Assembly (NCBI GenBank): GCA_036339465.1
Contig: JAYZAY010000021.1
Span: 1 to 64,000 of the forward strand
From: Myxococcota bacterium
GTDB lineage: Bacteria; Myxococcota; XYA12-FULL-58-9; JABJBS01
Direction: 5' to 3'
Length of the DNA: 64,000 nt
Shown here: positions 62,364-64,000 of the stretch, in pieces
How the letters are laid out: each line of letters starts with the position of its first letter
How positions within the stretch are numbered: position 1 is the stretch's first letter
Program-made: the position numbers and the translations under genes
Notes under the pieces: model-generated
Seen by the model: only the letters and a program-made list of their open reading frames with translations
Database searches by the model: none
Told to the model about the DNA's origin: nothing

Positions 62364-63185
62364 ATGACATTAATTACGAATGATAAAGACTCTGTGACCG
62401 GTTGCGACGTGGTCGAAGAAATGGGACATCTTTTACGAGATTTCGGCGCAAACCAAGACCGTCGGATTGTCTTTTTGCACGCGTACTGGATCATTTCCAA
62501 GCGCGTCATGGAAGCCGTTCGATTACCGCCGGATAAAAATCCATTTCTCGACGCCCAATGGGTTGAAAAATTAATGGTGACCTTTGCCGATCTTTATCTA
62601 CGTACCATCGATGAACGTCAGCTCTCCGTAAGACCCTGGAGCTATATCCACCACTTAGCCCAAAGCTCCAAAACCACAGTACTTCAGGATCTTCTTTTGG
62701 GCATCAACATCCATATTAACTTTGATCTGCCTGTTGCACTGATGACTGTGTTGAAGGGTGAACCATGGCAAGAGCATAGCCACTTGATTCGCCGTCGATT
62801 CGACCATCGGCAGATCAACGTCATCCTTGAATCCGCCATCGATCACATTCAGGATGAGTTGGCCAATTACTACGGCGGGGCAATTGGCGCACTCGACAGG
62901 CTAATGGCGCGAAATGATGAACGAATTGCTTCATTGGCCGTTCGATTCTTCCGTGAAGAAACCTGGGATTATGCCATCTCCTTATGTGCAACATCAGACC
63001 AAAGAGAACAAAAGGTTATCCGACATCGCATGGAAGGCGAAACGATGAGCATCGCCCAATCCTTGGGGGAACCAAAAGGTTTTATTCTCTCAATGTTGCT
63101 AAAGAGTATGCGTGCTTTTCGTCGAAAATACTTTACAGGCCCCTTACTACCGGCCTCAGCACTCAAGAGCGAGGTGTTAAATTAA
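62364..63185 (+). CDS. DUF5995 family protein
   Basis: FLHAY, FLDAQWV...FADLY, LQDLLLGINIHINFDLPVAL. Confidence 0.8.
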   Translation: MTLITNDKDSVTGCDVVEEMGHLLRDFGANQDRRIVFLHAYWIISKRVMEAVRLPPDKNPFLDAQWVEKLMVTFADLYLRTIDERQLSVRPWSYIHHLAQSSKTTVLQDLLLGINIHINFDLPVALMTVLKGEPWQEHSHLIRRRFDHRQINVILESAIDHIQDELANYYGGAIGALDRLMARNDERIASLAVRFFREETWDYAISLCATSDQREQKVIRHRMEGETMSIAQSLGEPKGFILSMLLKSMRAFRRKYFTGPLLPASALKSEVLN

Positions 63186-64000
63186 GCGCGTTTTTTGATG
63201 CGCTTGGCTTGGAACTCAAGGCCTTCCGGTGATTCAAAAAAAGCCTCCAACATTTCATTGGCGCTGCGATAACGGTCATCCACATCCGCTGCCGTCATCT
63301 TATCAATCACTCCTTTTAAACCCGAAGATACATTCAATTCGGGGAGGGCCACTTGCCCAAAAGCAAGGCGTCGAACAATATCCATGGGTGAGTCTCCGGA
63401 AATAGGATGACCTCCGTGAAGCATCGAAACCAACACAAGCCCCAAGGAAAATAGGTCGCTACGAATATCCAATAACTCTCCTCGGGCTTGCTCGGGGGAC
63501 ATGTAGTGGGGCGTTCCGATAAGAACTCCTTCCATGGTGTTAAAGTCTTCTTCCATGTCCCATTTTGCAATACCAAAATCTATCAAAATAGGCTCGCCAT
63601 TTTCATTCAAAATCACGTTATGGGGTTTCAGGTCGAGACGGTACACACCTTTATCTTCGAGATAAACCAATGCCTCAGCAAGCTTTAAGAAAATACTCAT
63701 GGTCAATTCGATTGAAACCACACCGCTCTCGATTAAGTCTGATAGTTTTTCGCCACGCACAAGGTCCATAACAATACCGAGGCGGTCACCATCATGCACG
63801 GTATCGTAAAACCGTACGATATTGGGATGTCGGAGTTGCATCACTAGACCCATCTCGCGCCGAAATCTAGCCACCGCGTTCGAATCGGAATTTGCATGTC
63901 GGTGGCTTATTTTAACCGCCACTTCAGTATTGAGATTTCTATCCCACGCCTCCCAGACAGAACCCATCCCCCCATGACCAACCAACGCACGGAGTTCATA
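63182..64000 (-). CDS. Hanks-type Ser/Thr protein kinase (5' end beyond window)
   Basis: GHGGMGSV, VAVK, RFRRE, DLKPHN, DFGIA, GTPHYMSPEQ, DLFSLG. Confidence 0.95.
   Translation of the reverse strand, partial: YELRALVGHGGMGSVWEAWDRNLNTEVAVKISHRHANSDSNAVARFRREMGLVMQLRHPNIVRFYDTVHDGDRLGIVMDLVRGEKLSDLIESGVVSIELTMSIFLKLAEALVYLEDKGVYRLDLKPHNVILNENGEPILIDFGIAKWDMEEDFNTMEGVLIGTPHYMSPEQARGELLDIRSDLFSLGLVLVSMLHGGHPISGDSPMDIVRRLAFGQVALPELNVSSGLKGVIDKMTAADVDDRYRSANEMLEAFFESPEGLEFQAKRIKKRA

Noticed and set aside
1..64000. rRNA, tRNA, IS elements, integrase, prophage or conjugation genes
   Set aside because: None recognised by eye. Small structured RNAs could have been missed without covariance-model searches.

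Overview
Bacterial DNA of about 45-50% GC by eye. Gene content (sigma-54 activator, Hanks kinase, cyclase-STAND-TPR, WD40 lipoprotein, many orphans) suggests a Myxococcota/deltaproteobacterial-type organism; this is inference only. The centre of the window (24.5-28.3 kb) is a plasmid/chromid-type replicon core: parA, a small ribbon-helix-helix partner, two clusters of ~21-bp iterons beside an AT-rich tract, and a replication initiator gene that appears to start at a non-canonical ATC. Two near-full-length, divergent BREX pglX methyltransferase genes follow rep directly, and no other BREX gene is in the window. A second cluster of the same iteron motif, including a perfect 38-bp palindrome, lies 25 kb away and brackets a tiny secreted Cys-hairpin gene. 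The left arm carries a two-component/sigma-54 module and a methyltransferase-GT31-GT2 operon. The right arm carries effector-like genes (divergent lipoxygenase, Cif-like Cys-His-Gln protein, phospholipase D with a long N-terminal extension, a 1075-aa orphan), several decayed pseudogenes (P450, asnB, fic, sdhB, kinase-cyclase) and signalling genes. No rRNA, tRNA, CRISPR array, transposase or integrase was recognised. All family calls come from motif recognition by eye; no database search was run.
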